Shown here: one piece after another, positions 10,866 through 22,830 of the stretch | How the letters are laid out: each line of letters begins with the position of its first letter | How positions within the stretch are numbered: position 1 is the first letter of the stretch | Assembly (NCBI GenBank): GCA_965233585.1 | Contig: CBDDTI010000051.1 | Span: forward strand, 1 to 24,191 | Origin: a bacterium | GTDB lineage: Bacteria; SAR324; NAC60-12 | Direction: 5' to 3' | DNA: 24,191 bases | Notes under the pieces: generated by a model | What the model was told of the DNA's origin: nothing | The model's database searches: none | The model's input: the letters and a program-made list of their open reading frames with translations, nothing else | Made by a program: the position numbers and the translations under genes

Positions 10866-11626
10866 AAAAATAAGATAAGCTTCGGTGGTATCCCCAACAG
10901 CCGCAGCTTTTTTTTTGCATGTTTTTTCTGAAGCGTGCTGCAACCTCAGCCGGTTTCCCTCAACTAAATGGCCGCGGATCCTGCTGAACCTGACCTGGCT
11001 CTGCACCAAAGCCTCCCACACCTTCTCCGGAACCTTCTCCGGAACCCTGTTGAACCTGACTTGGCGCTGCACCAAAGACTCCCGGAACCTTTTCCGGAAC
11101 CTTCTCCGGAACTTCTCCGGAGCCCTATTGAACCTAACCTGGCGAACCCTGTTGAACCTGACCTCTGCACCAAAGCCTCCCAGACCTTCTCCGGAAACCT
11201 GTTGAACTTGACAAAGCTTCCCAGACCTTCTCCGGAACCTTCTCCGGAAACCTGTTGAAACTGACCTGGCTCTGCGCCAAAGCCTCCCAGACCTTCAACG
11301 GAACCTTCTCCGGAACCTTCTCCGGAACCCTGTTGAATTTGACCTGGCTCTGCACCAAGCCTCCCCGAGCTTCTCCGGAACCTTCTCCGGAATCTGCTGA
11401 ACCTGACCTGGCTCTGCACCAAAGCCTCCCAGACCTTCTCCTGAACTTTCTACGGAACCTTCTCCAGAAACCTGTTGGACGTGACCTGGCTCTGCACCAA
11501 AGCCTGCCAGACCTTCTCCGGAACCTTCTCCGGAACCTCGTTGAACCTGACCTGGCGCCTGCACCAGTGCACACCGGAGCTTTTCTGGGCTGAAGACCCC
11601 ATTAGCTTACGCTGTTGGGGAAAAAT
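10866..11626 (-). mobile_element. Interspersed non-autonomous element with asymmetric TIRs (HINE-like)
   Basis: TCCCCAACAGC (10891-10901) is inverted to GCTGTTGGGGA (11611-11621). Terminal hairpin CCCCATTAGCTTACGCTGTTGGGG. AAAAAT is present at both boundaries (10866-10871, 11621-11626). Confidence 0.6.
10980..11560. repeat. ~66-bp tandem repeat with variable 12-bp subunit CCTTCTCCGGAA
   Basis: TGAACCTGACCTGGCTCTGCACCAAAGCCTCCC-type unit recurs (10985, 11051, 11129 ...). Confidence 0.95.
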
Positions 11627-11753
11627 GCCAACGATGGAAATCTAGGAGGCCTTGGGCTATGCCGGATACGCCCCAAGATTTTTTGGTTCAGAAGGCATTT
11701 ATGGAGAAGTGGATGTGGCTGTGCAGTTGATGTGCCATTGACGTGCTTGGAGG

Positions 11754-11819
11754 TGATGATCGTGGGCAACCAGACATCTGAAGATGCGCGGCAATTGGCA
11801 CGAGAACTGGAGGAGAAGA
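11754..11819 (+). CDS. Candidate short exon of an unidentified multi-exon gene
   Basis: GAG|GTGATG acceptor-like context and frame VMIVGNQTSEDARQLARELEEK. Similar short frames at ~10753 (EMFASLEEVSREKICR) and ~11647 (EALGYAGYAPR). Boundaries uncertain. Confidence 0.25.
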
Positions 11820-12474
11820 GTGCTTGCTCCCATGTGGATGCGCCGGATGCAAACACTCTGCAGACATGCTGATTTGATAGGCTCAGAGGCAGTCCAAAGG
11901 TGGTACGGGCGGACTGTTTCACATGCTGATGGCTTGCGCCACGAGTGCCAGCGCCATCTTGGAATTCCATGGGCCGATCTCTTCTGTGGCCAGCAATTTT
12001 GCATCAATCTTCAAATATGTTCAATATAATATCGAATTTGTTTGCACTGAGGAAGGCCGTACGGGCCTTTTGTTATCTTTTGTTGACCATACTGCTTTGC
12101 ATGGCTAATCCAATATAGTCCCATGTGTTTTGTTTTTGGGTAGATCCAGGAGCGTGGCCGAGAACGGTGTTGGTGTGCACGCCTTGTAGCTTACTCTGGT
12201 GGTTAGCAGAGAGAGCAGGAAGTAGAAACACGGGCAGCCGCTTTCATGAATTGGTTAAAACTAATGAACTAATGCACATCATCAAATGCTGCGTTTGTCA
12301 CAAGAATTCTTTGCTTGCTGTGTATTGAGGTCGGGTTCATGACATGCCTGAAACATGTCGCAGCCGTCTCGGCTGAGCGACATGGGATAAAGATGGATAA
12401 AGCATTTTGAGCCCACGTGGAGAACCATTGGGAGGTGAAGCCGGTGAAGCATGGTGAGGCCACGGGATTGTGGC

Positions 12475-13329
12475 ATGGCCTTCGCACTTTCCATCACCGC
12501 ACTTGCGCTTGCAGCACATCCAGCACTTGCAGCACTTGCAGCACCGCAAGAATGCGACGAGGATTTGTGCCATATGTCCCATCTGCAATTGCAGGTCAGT
12601 GGCATTCCAAATGCGACGAATTGGGCTGCGCTTGGCGGCGTGTGCCTTGCCGAGCTGCCTGAAGAGTACCTGACAAAGCCTGTCAATGATGTGCTGCAAA
12701 AGCACGAATGGAAGGAACAGGACGGATGGTGCGTGTTTGGTGCCGTGGACAAATGCATCAGCGGCTGCGCGGTGTGCCGCAAGCTGCGAGACATGCAGCC
12801 TTACTTTGAAGTTTATCAGCAGGAAACCCCGAACCGGGTTTTCAAGAACGCAACGCCCAAAACGCTCCGCTTTCCCAATGGCTCTCTGCTGACCCTTCGT
12901 GAGTATGACTCCCCGATGCTGGACATTTACTGTTACATGAAGGGCTATTACGACATGGACCGCGAAAAGTTGGTAAATGATTTTGACTATCTTGAGAAGA
13001 TCTCGGAAGCACAATGTGCAAGTGCAGAATGGCAGAATTCTGAGTTGTCACTGCAGGACGTCCATGACCTATATCTGCGTGAAACGGAGATTTTGGCACT
13101 CCTAATGGCTGAGAAGGGCATTTCTGATGTGAACCAGTCGTTGGTGGACACTTTAGAAGCCCACTTCGTGGTGAAGTGTTTATTGGGCCGCGGCCGTGGG
13201 GCCATTTGCGACGTGCCGGAGTGTTCCTGGCGGACTTGTGTCACGCGCGGGTCGCGTTTCGACGGAACGAAGGAGGTGACGGAGACCATTGTGAAGTACA
13301 CCTCGTTGAACGAATGCCCCGAGCTCTGA
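12475..13329 (+). CDS. Intronless secreted cysteine-rich protein of unknown function (284 aa)
   Basis: Non-repetitive ORF with GGCATGGCC start context. Hydrophobic Ala/Leu signal peptide MAFALSITALALAAHPALAALAA. 14 Cys and 4 N-glycosylation sequons (NAT x2, NGS, NQS). An in-frame upstream ATG at 12451 is an alternative start. Confidence 0.85.
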   Translation: MAFALSITALALAAHPALAALAAPQECDEDLCHMSHLQLQVSGIPNATNWAALGGVCLAELPEEYLTKPVNDVLQKHEWKEQDGWCVFGAVDKCISGCAVCRKLRDMQPYFEVYQQETPNRVFKNATPKTLRFPNGSLLTLREYDSPMLDIYCYMKGYYDMDREKLVNDFDYLEKISEAQCASAEWQNSELSLQDVHDLYLRETEILALLMAEKGISDVNQSLVDTLEAHFVVKCLLGRGRGAICDVPECSWRTCVTRGSRFDGTKEVTETIVKYTSLNECPEL

Positions 13330-14651
13330 AGGTGAAAGAGCTGTGAAAGTGATCTGTTTCAGAGATCGAAACATCGAAATTCGTCTCACAACGAGATTTC
13401 GGATAGATCAAAATCCTGCTTCGCCTCTACTACACGTCTCTGTTACCCAAAGAAATCATGGAAAAGTTGCCGCACGCTTTTGCAAGTCTGTCATCGATGA
13501 TATTAGAATTAGATGTCATATGAGAAAGAGAGAAAGAAACTCTGGTTTTGGGTAAACATTCAGTTTCGGGAGCTCATGAGCCCACACCGCCATGTCAGAA
13601 GACCTCGAAAGTCGTTCATTTGGTTGTCAGTCAAAGAGTCCTTATTAGGCTATGGTTTTGGCACGCCGCAATGTCAGAAGACCCCGAACTTGGTTGAATG
13701 GCTTCAGAGTGTAAGTTTTATTGTGCCTCTGAAGTCAGCCATGAAATTTTCGCGCCCGACCAGAAGTGACCAAAAGTCAAATTTGATTGGGTCCTCGCAT
13801 GGTTTCATGGTGCGAAGATATGTGTTTGTCGATTTTGATTTCGCATGTTGCTGGCCATTTCGCAGCCGCGCTGGTCGAAATTTCGGAGGCTGCTGTAGTC
13901 ACTGTTGGACCGAGGCGCTTGGTTGAAATTGTTGTTCGTTCACATTTTGGTTGCATTGGTTGCATTCAGCTGGCAATAGAATTTTGCTGAAATGGGATGT
14001 TAGCGGCAAACACGATAGTGGATTAAACACGATTGCTCATGACGCTGGCTTCTGAGGGACAGCTTCGTCCTCTGTTCCTGCTCCCCTCCCAACATGTTTT
14101 TCAATGCGACGCCTGCTGAAATTTGATAGCATTTTGTTTCCTGATCTTGTGCGGCCAAAACAAGCTCGGGTTGTTGAAGAATTGTTTCTGCCGGCGGTTT
14201 GGCAAAATGAGGGTTCCCCGAAATGGTTGGGGCCAATCTTCACAAATGACCAAACGGGGAGCCATTTTTTGAGTATGCTTTGTTCGTTGCACTGTTTTGG
14301 GTTGAATTTATGGTGGTAAAGTTGGCATCAATATAGTTGAATCAAGAAAATGGTGGTCAATCTTTTTTGGCTGCAGATTCCACAAATTCGTTCCACGTCA
14401 CTTTACAGTGGAATGCCAACGAAAGTGGGTTTCCGCATCATTTTTTGGCACCGTTTGGTCTGAATGATGTTTGCCTAGCACCACCTCCAGCTCACAAAAA
14501 ACCCTGAAGCTGCAACTTCGGTGGCGCTCTTTGATGGCGGTTCGAAGCACATATTGGCACCAAAACCAGTCAAAAATTGGCAGATGCTGTGTGGATTGAC
14601 GAAAACGTGCGCAAACTGACGTAGTGGGCTCCCACATGTCACTTGTTGTTA

Positions 14652-14690
14652 GGCATACTGGGCATACTGTGCATACTGGGCATACTGGCA
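14652..14690. repeat. 9-bp microrepeat (GCATACTGK)n
   Basis: GGCATACTGGGCATACTGTGCATACTGGGCATACTGGCA. Confidence 0.85.
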
Positions 14691-14821
14691 TAGCAAATCC
14701 CCAAGAAGACATGTATCTACTTTTGTCCTATAGTGTTTTTTGTTGAGGTAACTACATCTGAATGCCTTCCTTTTCCGACGTGGCTACGCGGCTACACGAT
14801 TTGTTTTACTATGATTTTGTT

Positions 14822-15255
14822 GAAGCACCTTTGGGGAGTAGCTTTAGAACGCAACTTTGGGAAGCAATTTTCGGCAGCAACTTTGGGGAGCAGCTTTCCG
14901 CAGCTTTGGGGCAACAGCTTTGGAGAACAGCTTTGGGCACAACTTTCGGGAGCAGCGCAGCGCAGGGGAACAGCTTTGGGGAGCACGTATTTACAAGGAA
15001 TTTCGGGGAGTAATTTTCAGTAGCAATTTTGGCTAATTTTGGGAGTAATTGGGGACTAGCTTTGGGATTGTAGAGAGCTGCTCTGGGGCAGCTTCGGGGA
15101 CCAGCTTTGGAAGCAGATTTCGGGAAGAATTTTGGAGAGCAATTTTGGAATAATTGTGGGCCTTATTATGCGCGAAGTAGGTTTCGATGACGTAACTTTG
15201 GGAAACCGCTTTGGGAATGAGCTTTTGGTAATAATTTTGGGGAGTATTTGGTAGT
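14822..15255. repeat. Degenerate ~13-bp satellite (GCAGCTTTGGGGA)n within an interspersed element
   Basis: GAGCAGCTTTGG-type units, progressively converted to GAGTAATTTTGG toward the right. Confidence 0.85.
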
Positions 15256-15544
15256 ACGTAAAGAATCGCGGATTTCCGATTGGTATTCTTCATTACCTAT
15301 ATTTCTGCTCTTTTATTTGCCGGCAAGGCTGGGATTAGTTTTCTCCTGAGTTTGTTGGCTCGTTTCAAAATTAGACAATTTATTTTTTGATGGATTGAAT
15401 TATTGTAGCTTGGATTTACTAATTATAATATATTTTCACGAAAGGTAGCTCCAGAGGGGCTACCTTGAGTTTTACTTTACAAAGTAAAGGGGAGGGCGGC
15501 CAGCCCCGTTACCTTATTATTCAGGAGATTGCTAGTCATTTTAG

Positions 15545-16175
15545 TACCCCCCCACCCCTCCACGCCTCCCACGCACCCTAAGAGCAGATTCAAAACATTG
15601 TAATTTACAGTATTTTTGGTCTTTTCGGATCAAGAAACCACATTTTGTTACATGGCGAAACCTCCGTAAATACCAGTGTTTTTGCTAGGTGCTGGCCAAA
15701 AAACACTGTAAATACCGTGCTTTTTACTACCAGAGGCAAAAAACATCGTAAATATCGTGGTTTTGGGCTTCCGACCCGCCAAAAACATTGGTATTTACGA
15801 TGTTTTTTGCTCCGCGAGTTGCAAAAACACGCGAAAACACCACCTATTTGACGATTCTCGGCCACTGCGGAACCGAGAAAAAATGCTGCAGGGGTAACAC
15901 CAACACCACCAACAACAACAACAGCAACAACAACAGCAAGAACAACATCATTATCAACAACAACACAACCACAACCAACAACAAACAACAACACGCAACA
16001 ACTCACAACAACACACAACAACACACAACAACACACAACAACACACAACAACACAACAACACACAACAACACACAACAACCAGCGAGTTGCAAAAACACG
16101 CGAAAACAACACATATTTGACGATTCTCGGCCACTACGGAACCGAGAAAAAACGCTGCAGGGGTAACACCAACAC
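15545..16175. repeat. Interspersed repeat with GTAAATAC...TTTTTG submotifs and a duplicated ~90-bp block
   Basis: GCGAGTTGCAAAAACACGCGAAAACA...GGGGTAACACCAACAC at ~15814-15906 and ~16083-16175. C-run tract at the left end. Confidence 0.75.
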
Positions 16176-17560
16176 AAACACCAACACCAACACCAACGCC
16201 GCCACCACCACCACCAACAACAACACGCAACACGCTACACCACGCAACACCACGCAACACCACGCAACACCACGCAACACAACGCAACACCACGCAACAC
16301 CACGCAACACGCAACACGCACACGCACAACGCGCGCAACACACAGCAACACACAGCAATACACAGCAACACACAGCAACACACAGGAAAACAACAACACA
16401 CAACAACAACACACAACAACAACACACAACAACACACAACAACACACAACAACACACAACAACACACAACAACACACAACAACACACAACAACACACAAC
16501 AACACACAACAACACACAACAACACACAACAACACACAACAACACACCACAACACACAACAACACACCACAACACACAACAACACACATCAACACACAAC
16601 AACACACAACAACACACCACAACACACCACCACAACACACCACAACAACACACCACAACAACACACCACAACAACACACCACAACAACACACCACAACAA
16701 CACACAACAACAACACACAACAACAACAACCACAACAACCACAACAACCACAACAACCACAACAACCACAACAACCACAACAACCACAACAACAACCACA
16801 ACAACAACAACCACAACAACCACAACAACCACAACAACAACAACCACAACAACCACAACAACCACAACAACAACCACAACAACCACAACAACCACAACAA
16901 CCACAACAACAACAACAACCACAACAACAACCACAACAACCACAACAACCACAACAACCACAACCACAACAACAACAACACAACACAGAACACAGAACAC
17001 ACAAGACACATTACACCACACACCACACACAACACACAACAGACAACACACAACACACAACAAACAACAGACAACACACAACACACAACACACAACAGGC
17101 AACATACAACACACATTACATAACAACAACACGTAACATACAACACATCACACAACGCACAACACACAACATAGAACACAACACAATTTACAACACACCA
17201 CAACAACCACAACAACAACAACCACAAAAACAACACCAACAATCACAACAACAATCACAATAACAACAGCAACAACAACAACAATAACAATAACAACAAC
17301 AACAACGACGACGACCACGACCACGACAACAACAACGACGCAACGACAACGACAACAACAATAACACCAAGAACACCAACACCAACATTACGACCAACAA
17401 CACCAACACCACCAACAAACCCCATTCACACCAGCAACACTAATAATACTATTAACACCACCAACAACAATACCAGCATTAACAACTCCAACAACAGCAA
17501 TACTACTAGCACCACCAACATTACCAGCACCACAACCACCGCCAACCCCAACGACACCAC
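15900..17560. repeat. CAA/ACA-rich low-complexity microsatellite block
   Basis: (CAA)n, (ACACAACA)n, (CACCACGCAA)n and (ACAACC)n. Almost no G/T on the plus strand over long stretches. Confidence 0.97.
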
Positions 17561-17579
17561 CGAAGCCTGTCCATCACTT

Positions 17580-20500
17580 TTACCAGACTCTATTTTATAT
17601 TTTTAGAAAGAAAATGGACGCATCGCTTTTATTAGATTTTACTGCATATTTTTTTTTTTGCCCTCTCTCCTTTTTTTTTCTTCGGTTTTTTTTATATACC
17701 TACCTTTCGTATTCCCCCTCTTAAATTTTCTTTTTTATGGATTTGGCTATTAAGGCTCGGCTTGACCTCCGAGGTTTTTTTTCGGACTTGAAATTTTAAT
17801 TTTGAATATATGATGTTATTTTTTAATGATTATGATTCGTTAAAATTTCGGGAATGTTGATTTATAAATTAATATAATTATATGGAATTAAATATATAAT
17901 ATTATAAGATATTTTAAATGATATATTGATATAGTTTTTGGATTTATATTTTTTTATATTTTTATTTATAAATATTTTATTATATTAATTCGCTAAAAAT
18001 TTGGCAATTGAAATTTATTATTATTGACCATTCCTAAAGGATATAGATTATAATTTATTAATGTAATTTAAAAATAATATTTTGAATTATTTTTTTTAAA
18101 TATATATATTTTAAATATATTGATTTTTATTTTTATCGTAATTTCTCGTTCTTGGAAATATAGGCCGATTTTAATATAAAATATTATAATTATTTGATAT
18201 TTTAAATTGAATATTTTTATATTTTTATTTTATTGATTTTTTTGTAAATTATAAATTAATTAAATATAATATTTGATAAGAATATTTAATTTATTTTAAA
18301 TATATTATATTTAAAAAAAAATTATGAATCGATATGTATTTATTTATTATGAAATTATTTTATTTTGATATTAAGAAATTGAAAATATATTGAAAATTTG
18401 ATACGATATAATAAAATGATATTGAAGATTAATATTTTATTTTTTGGGCTAATATTTTCAAAATTGAAAGATTTTTAAAAAATATTTTTGGAAAATTCGA
18501 AAATATAAATTTTCTAGAAATATGTTGTTTTTGTTTTCCGGGATGTTGGGTAAAATTTAATTTTGCTAAATTGATATATATAAAATATGAAATTGAAAGA
18601 ATTTAAAAAAATAAATTATATATTTATTTGGATATTTTTATATTTTTAGGAATTTGAAAAATTTGAATTTTATTTTATATAATAAATTGGAAATGGTGTG
18701 TTTAATTATTAATTCTTAAAATATTTTTTTTTTCTTTCATATTGATTGAAAATATAAATTAAAAATTGGATTGATTTATTATTTATTAAATTTATAATAT
18801 GATGAAATTTACTTTTAATAATAAAAATATTTTATTTATTGCAATTTTTTTTTTTATTTATATATATTTTTTTTAATTTAAGAAAAAATAATAATATCTA
18901 TCGAATTGGTATTAATTTAATTTATAATTAATAAAATTATATATGTTTTATTTTTTTTCAAAGAAAATATATTTCAATATATTCAGTGTTTTTTCTTTCA
19001 TTGAATTTAAATATATATATATAGATAAAATATTTCATAGAATAAATATTTATTGTATTTATTATGTTTATTTTAATTTATATTTTAATAAATATAATAT
19101 TTTTTTTTGATTTAAGATAATCTATAGAAATAATGAATTTAAAAGATTTGAAAAAAATAATCAAATTAAGATAAGATATTTAAAATATAATTTTTGAAAG
19201 AAAATTTGAATTAAATGATATATTTTGGAAATATTTTTTAGATATTAAAATGATATTAATATTTTGTCAAATTCGAAAAATAATGGAATATGAATATTAT
19301 TTTATATTTATTCGAATATATATTTTTCAAAATATTAAATAAATATTTTTTAATATGATTATTTGATAAAGAAATAAATCAAAATAAATAAATTCATATA
19401 TATTGAATATTTATTGATTTAGAAAATTAATTTTTAATATATATATATATATATTTCAAAAAATCATATGGAAATAAAGATTTGGAATTGGAATTAAATA
19501 TGAATAATGAAAAAAGATTATAATATATGATTTCTTTTTGAAATATTCAAATATATATATATTTATATATAGATATTTAATTCAATTTTGAATTTTATCT
19601 TTAAATAAAATATATTCAAATATTTATCTTTCAGGAATATAATTTGAAATTTCCAGAAATTATTAATTTGAATATTTATATTTTTTAAGATTATAAATAA
19701 ATATTGATTTTTTATATTATATGAAAATTGAATTTAATATTTTTTGAAAGAAAATCAAATTTTGATTTTTTAATATTGATATTTTCAATATAGATAATAT
19801 TTTGAATCGAATATATTTATTGAATGAGATATTTATAGATTTTTTTTTAATTTGAAGGAAAATAATGAATTATTATTTAATTAAAAAGAATTTTGGGAAG
19901 GATCTATATTTTAGAGATGAAAAATGAATAATATGGATGAAATTAGCGAAAAATATATAAATATGAAAATTGATTTTTTAAAAAATAAATAAATTATTTT
20001 AAATATATTTCTTGAAAATAATTAAAAAGATAGAAATATATAATTATTTTATTTATTTATTTTTGAGAATAATATAAAAAATGAAATCAAAGATAGAAAT
20101 TAATGATAAAAATATTTATAATAAGAATCGAAGGATTTCATTGATATTTGTTTAAAAATTTAATTGAAAATATGCAGGTTAATAAATATATATCGACCAA
20201 AAAAAATAATATAATTAAATTAAATATATTAAGATATTATTTATTTCTTAAATTATTTATTTAGATATAGATATAGATATTTTATATTTTTTGCTATATG
20301 ATTTGAATCTTGAAAAATTCAATTATTTAAAATTAATGGAATTCGGTATTTTTCTAGGAAAAGAATATTAAAAAAATTAGGTATTTCAGATAAAATTATA
20401 TAATTTAGAATTATTAATATTTATTTAGGAAGATGTTTTTTTCGAAAAATAAAGGAATAATAATAAGGAAATAGAGGTATTCAAATTAATAATATATATA

Positions 20501-22830
20501 TATAAATTAATTCATGAAAAATTTGTAATTTATATTATTGAATAACTAAATAGGATGCATATATGAGGGAAATATCGATATTATATATATTTCAATTTAG
20601 GAGAAAAAAAATGGATTTTTTCTTGAAAATATATTTTATCAGGAATAAAATTTGAATTTATTGAAATTTCAAAAAAAAATATTTTTTGAATATTCCTTGA
20701 AATTTGAAGAATAAATTCATTTTTTTTTGATATTTGATTTTTTTTCTTGGAAATACGGACTATTTCCATTTTTTTCATTATTTATTGAAATAAGTTGGAA
20801 AAATATTCGTAATTGATTTTGGGAAAAATGAAATTAGGAATTCAATTATTTTACCGAATCAGGAAATATATATATATATAATGTTATTGTTGTTTTCTTT
20901 TTTTCATTTTATTTGAATATTTTTCTTTGGCTTTTATATTTTTATTTTGTGATTTTTCTGGTTTTGTGATTTCTGAAAATTGATGGAAATATAAATAGAT
21001 ATTGTTTGATATTTAAAATTTTATTTTTTTTTTGATATTTTTGATATGATAATAAATAAAATATTATCGAAATTTAATTCGGTTTTTTAATATGTGAAAT
21101 AAAAAATTTGAAAATAAGAATTTCATAATGAAAAAAAAAATATAATTTATTTTTTTTAATATTTTTCAGATATAATATTCACCTTTTTTTTTTAAATTGA
21201 AATATTAAATTTCAAAATAAATAAATTGAAATTAATCAAATTTAGAATTGGAATTTTATAATTGAGAAAAAATATATATTTAATTTATATTTTTCAATTT
21301 TGATATTTTTCCAAAAATAATATTTGATATTTTTTAAAATAGAATATGGAGATAAAAATAGAAGATATTTGAAAAATGATGAGAATGTCAAATGAATCGA
21401 AAAGAAAAATGAAATATTGAATTTAATTTAGTTGTTTTTTTAATCACAAAGATTTTTTTTATATTATTTGATATTAATTGAATATATCAATTTATTTGAT
21501 ATTGTTTGATCTTTATCTTTGCTTAAGGATTCAAATTTCTTCGGTTTTTAATTAATAATTAATAGATGAAATTAAAAAATTAAGATATAATTTCTAAATT
21601 TGAATCTTGAAATTGAATTTTTTTTGATTAATAATTCTTTTTTCAAATGATATTCAGAAAATAAATATCAAATTAATTTAATCATAATTATTTTATTCCT
21701 TGATTATTTTCTTATGGCGTTTGCTTGCGAATGTATGGTTGAGAATATGCCTTCGGTTCTAAGTAAATAATTGATTCTCCTGAATTTATTTTTGATCCTG
21801 CTAGGGACCCGGCAACAAAGGCACTGGCAGCCGTATGGGCTTCATCGCACCTCATTATTTAAGGCTTGACTGTTCTGAGATTAGATATTGAAATAAGTTT
21901 TGATGTATTTACCGATTATATTGGATTGGAAATTGTCTGTAAATTCTTCAATATTATTTTGAGTTGTTTTATATTGGAAATTGGAAAATTGAAACCTGAT
22001 TAGGGAGAATATCTTTCAAATTATTGAATTAATAATCGCTAAAATTATTGTATTTCATTTAGAAATATCGAGAAATCGATTCTATTTAGATCAAAATATC
22101 GAGAAAAAATTTTTAAAAGATATAGAATAGATTTTTTTTTAACTTAAATATGAATAAATATGATTTTTATATTTTAATTTTCTAATATTTGAAATGAATT
22201 GGTTATTTTGTGGAAAAATAGATAGATAGATTTATTTCAAAATAACATGTTTTTATATATATATATATATATATTGATTTTTAGTATTTATTAAATTGTC
22301 GGTTTTATTATGTTCTTATTATTTAAGATTATAGAATATAAACTTTAAATCTATTTTAAGATATTTTGATAATTATTATATTAAATATTCAATTAAATTT
22401 AAATATTTTGAAAGATTATATTGCATTGGAAATTTGGAATATATTTTTATATTTTATTTTGTTTTTTTTATATATTGGAAATTGGGAAATTTGAAATTTG
22501 ATTGCGAAGAATGTCTTTCAATTTATTGAATTCATTATCGCTATTTTTTAATAATTATATATAATTCGATTCTATTTAGATCAAAATGTCGAAATCAAAA
22601 TTTTAAAAAATCTAGGATTGGAAAATGTGAATTTTAAAATTTAAATATTAATAAAAAATATTTATAATATTGAAAATTTATTTCTTTAAATTTAACATAT
22701 TTTTTCTTCGTTTCAGTTATGAATTGACTAATTTCTGGAAAAATAGGTATATTTCCCCCCCAAAAAAATATGAATTTAAATATATAATTTTGATTCTTTA
22801 ATATTTATTAATTTGTCGGTCCTATTGTCA
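17580..22830. other. Extremely AT-rich domain of decayed repeats
   Basis: Hand count at 19141-19620: 52 G+C in 480 nt (~11% GC). Contains internal diverged duplicates. No credible ORFs. Confidence 0.95.
21720..21843 (+). pseudogene. Decayed coding-like segment, paralog of 22846-22969
   Basis: Gapless alignment at offset 1126. Stop codons in one copy correspond to sense codons in the other. Confidence 0.5.

Noticed and set aside
10710..11593. Repetitive ORFs (PEKVPEKVWEAL etc.)
   Set aside because: Open in several frames on both strands, as expected for a tandem array.
15605..17418. Poly-Thr mucin-like and Cys/Val-rich ORFs
   Set aside because: Derived from CAA microsatellites. No signal peptide or unique domain.
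17580..22830. Organelle insertion or AT-rich endosymbiont/viral DNA
   Set aside because: No recognisable ORFs, rRNA or tRNA. Dinucleotide bias and internal eroded duplicates fit mutational decay better. An artefact is not excluded.
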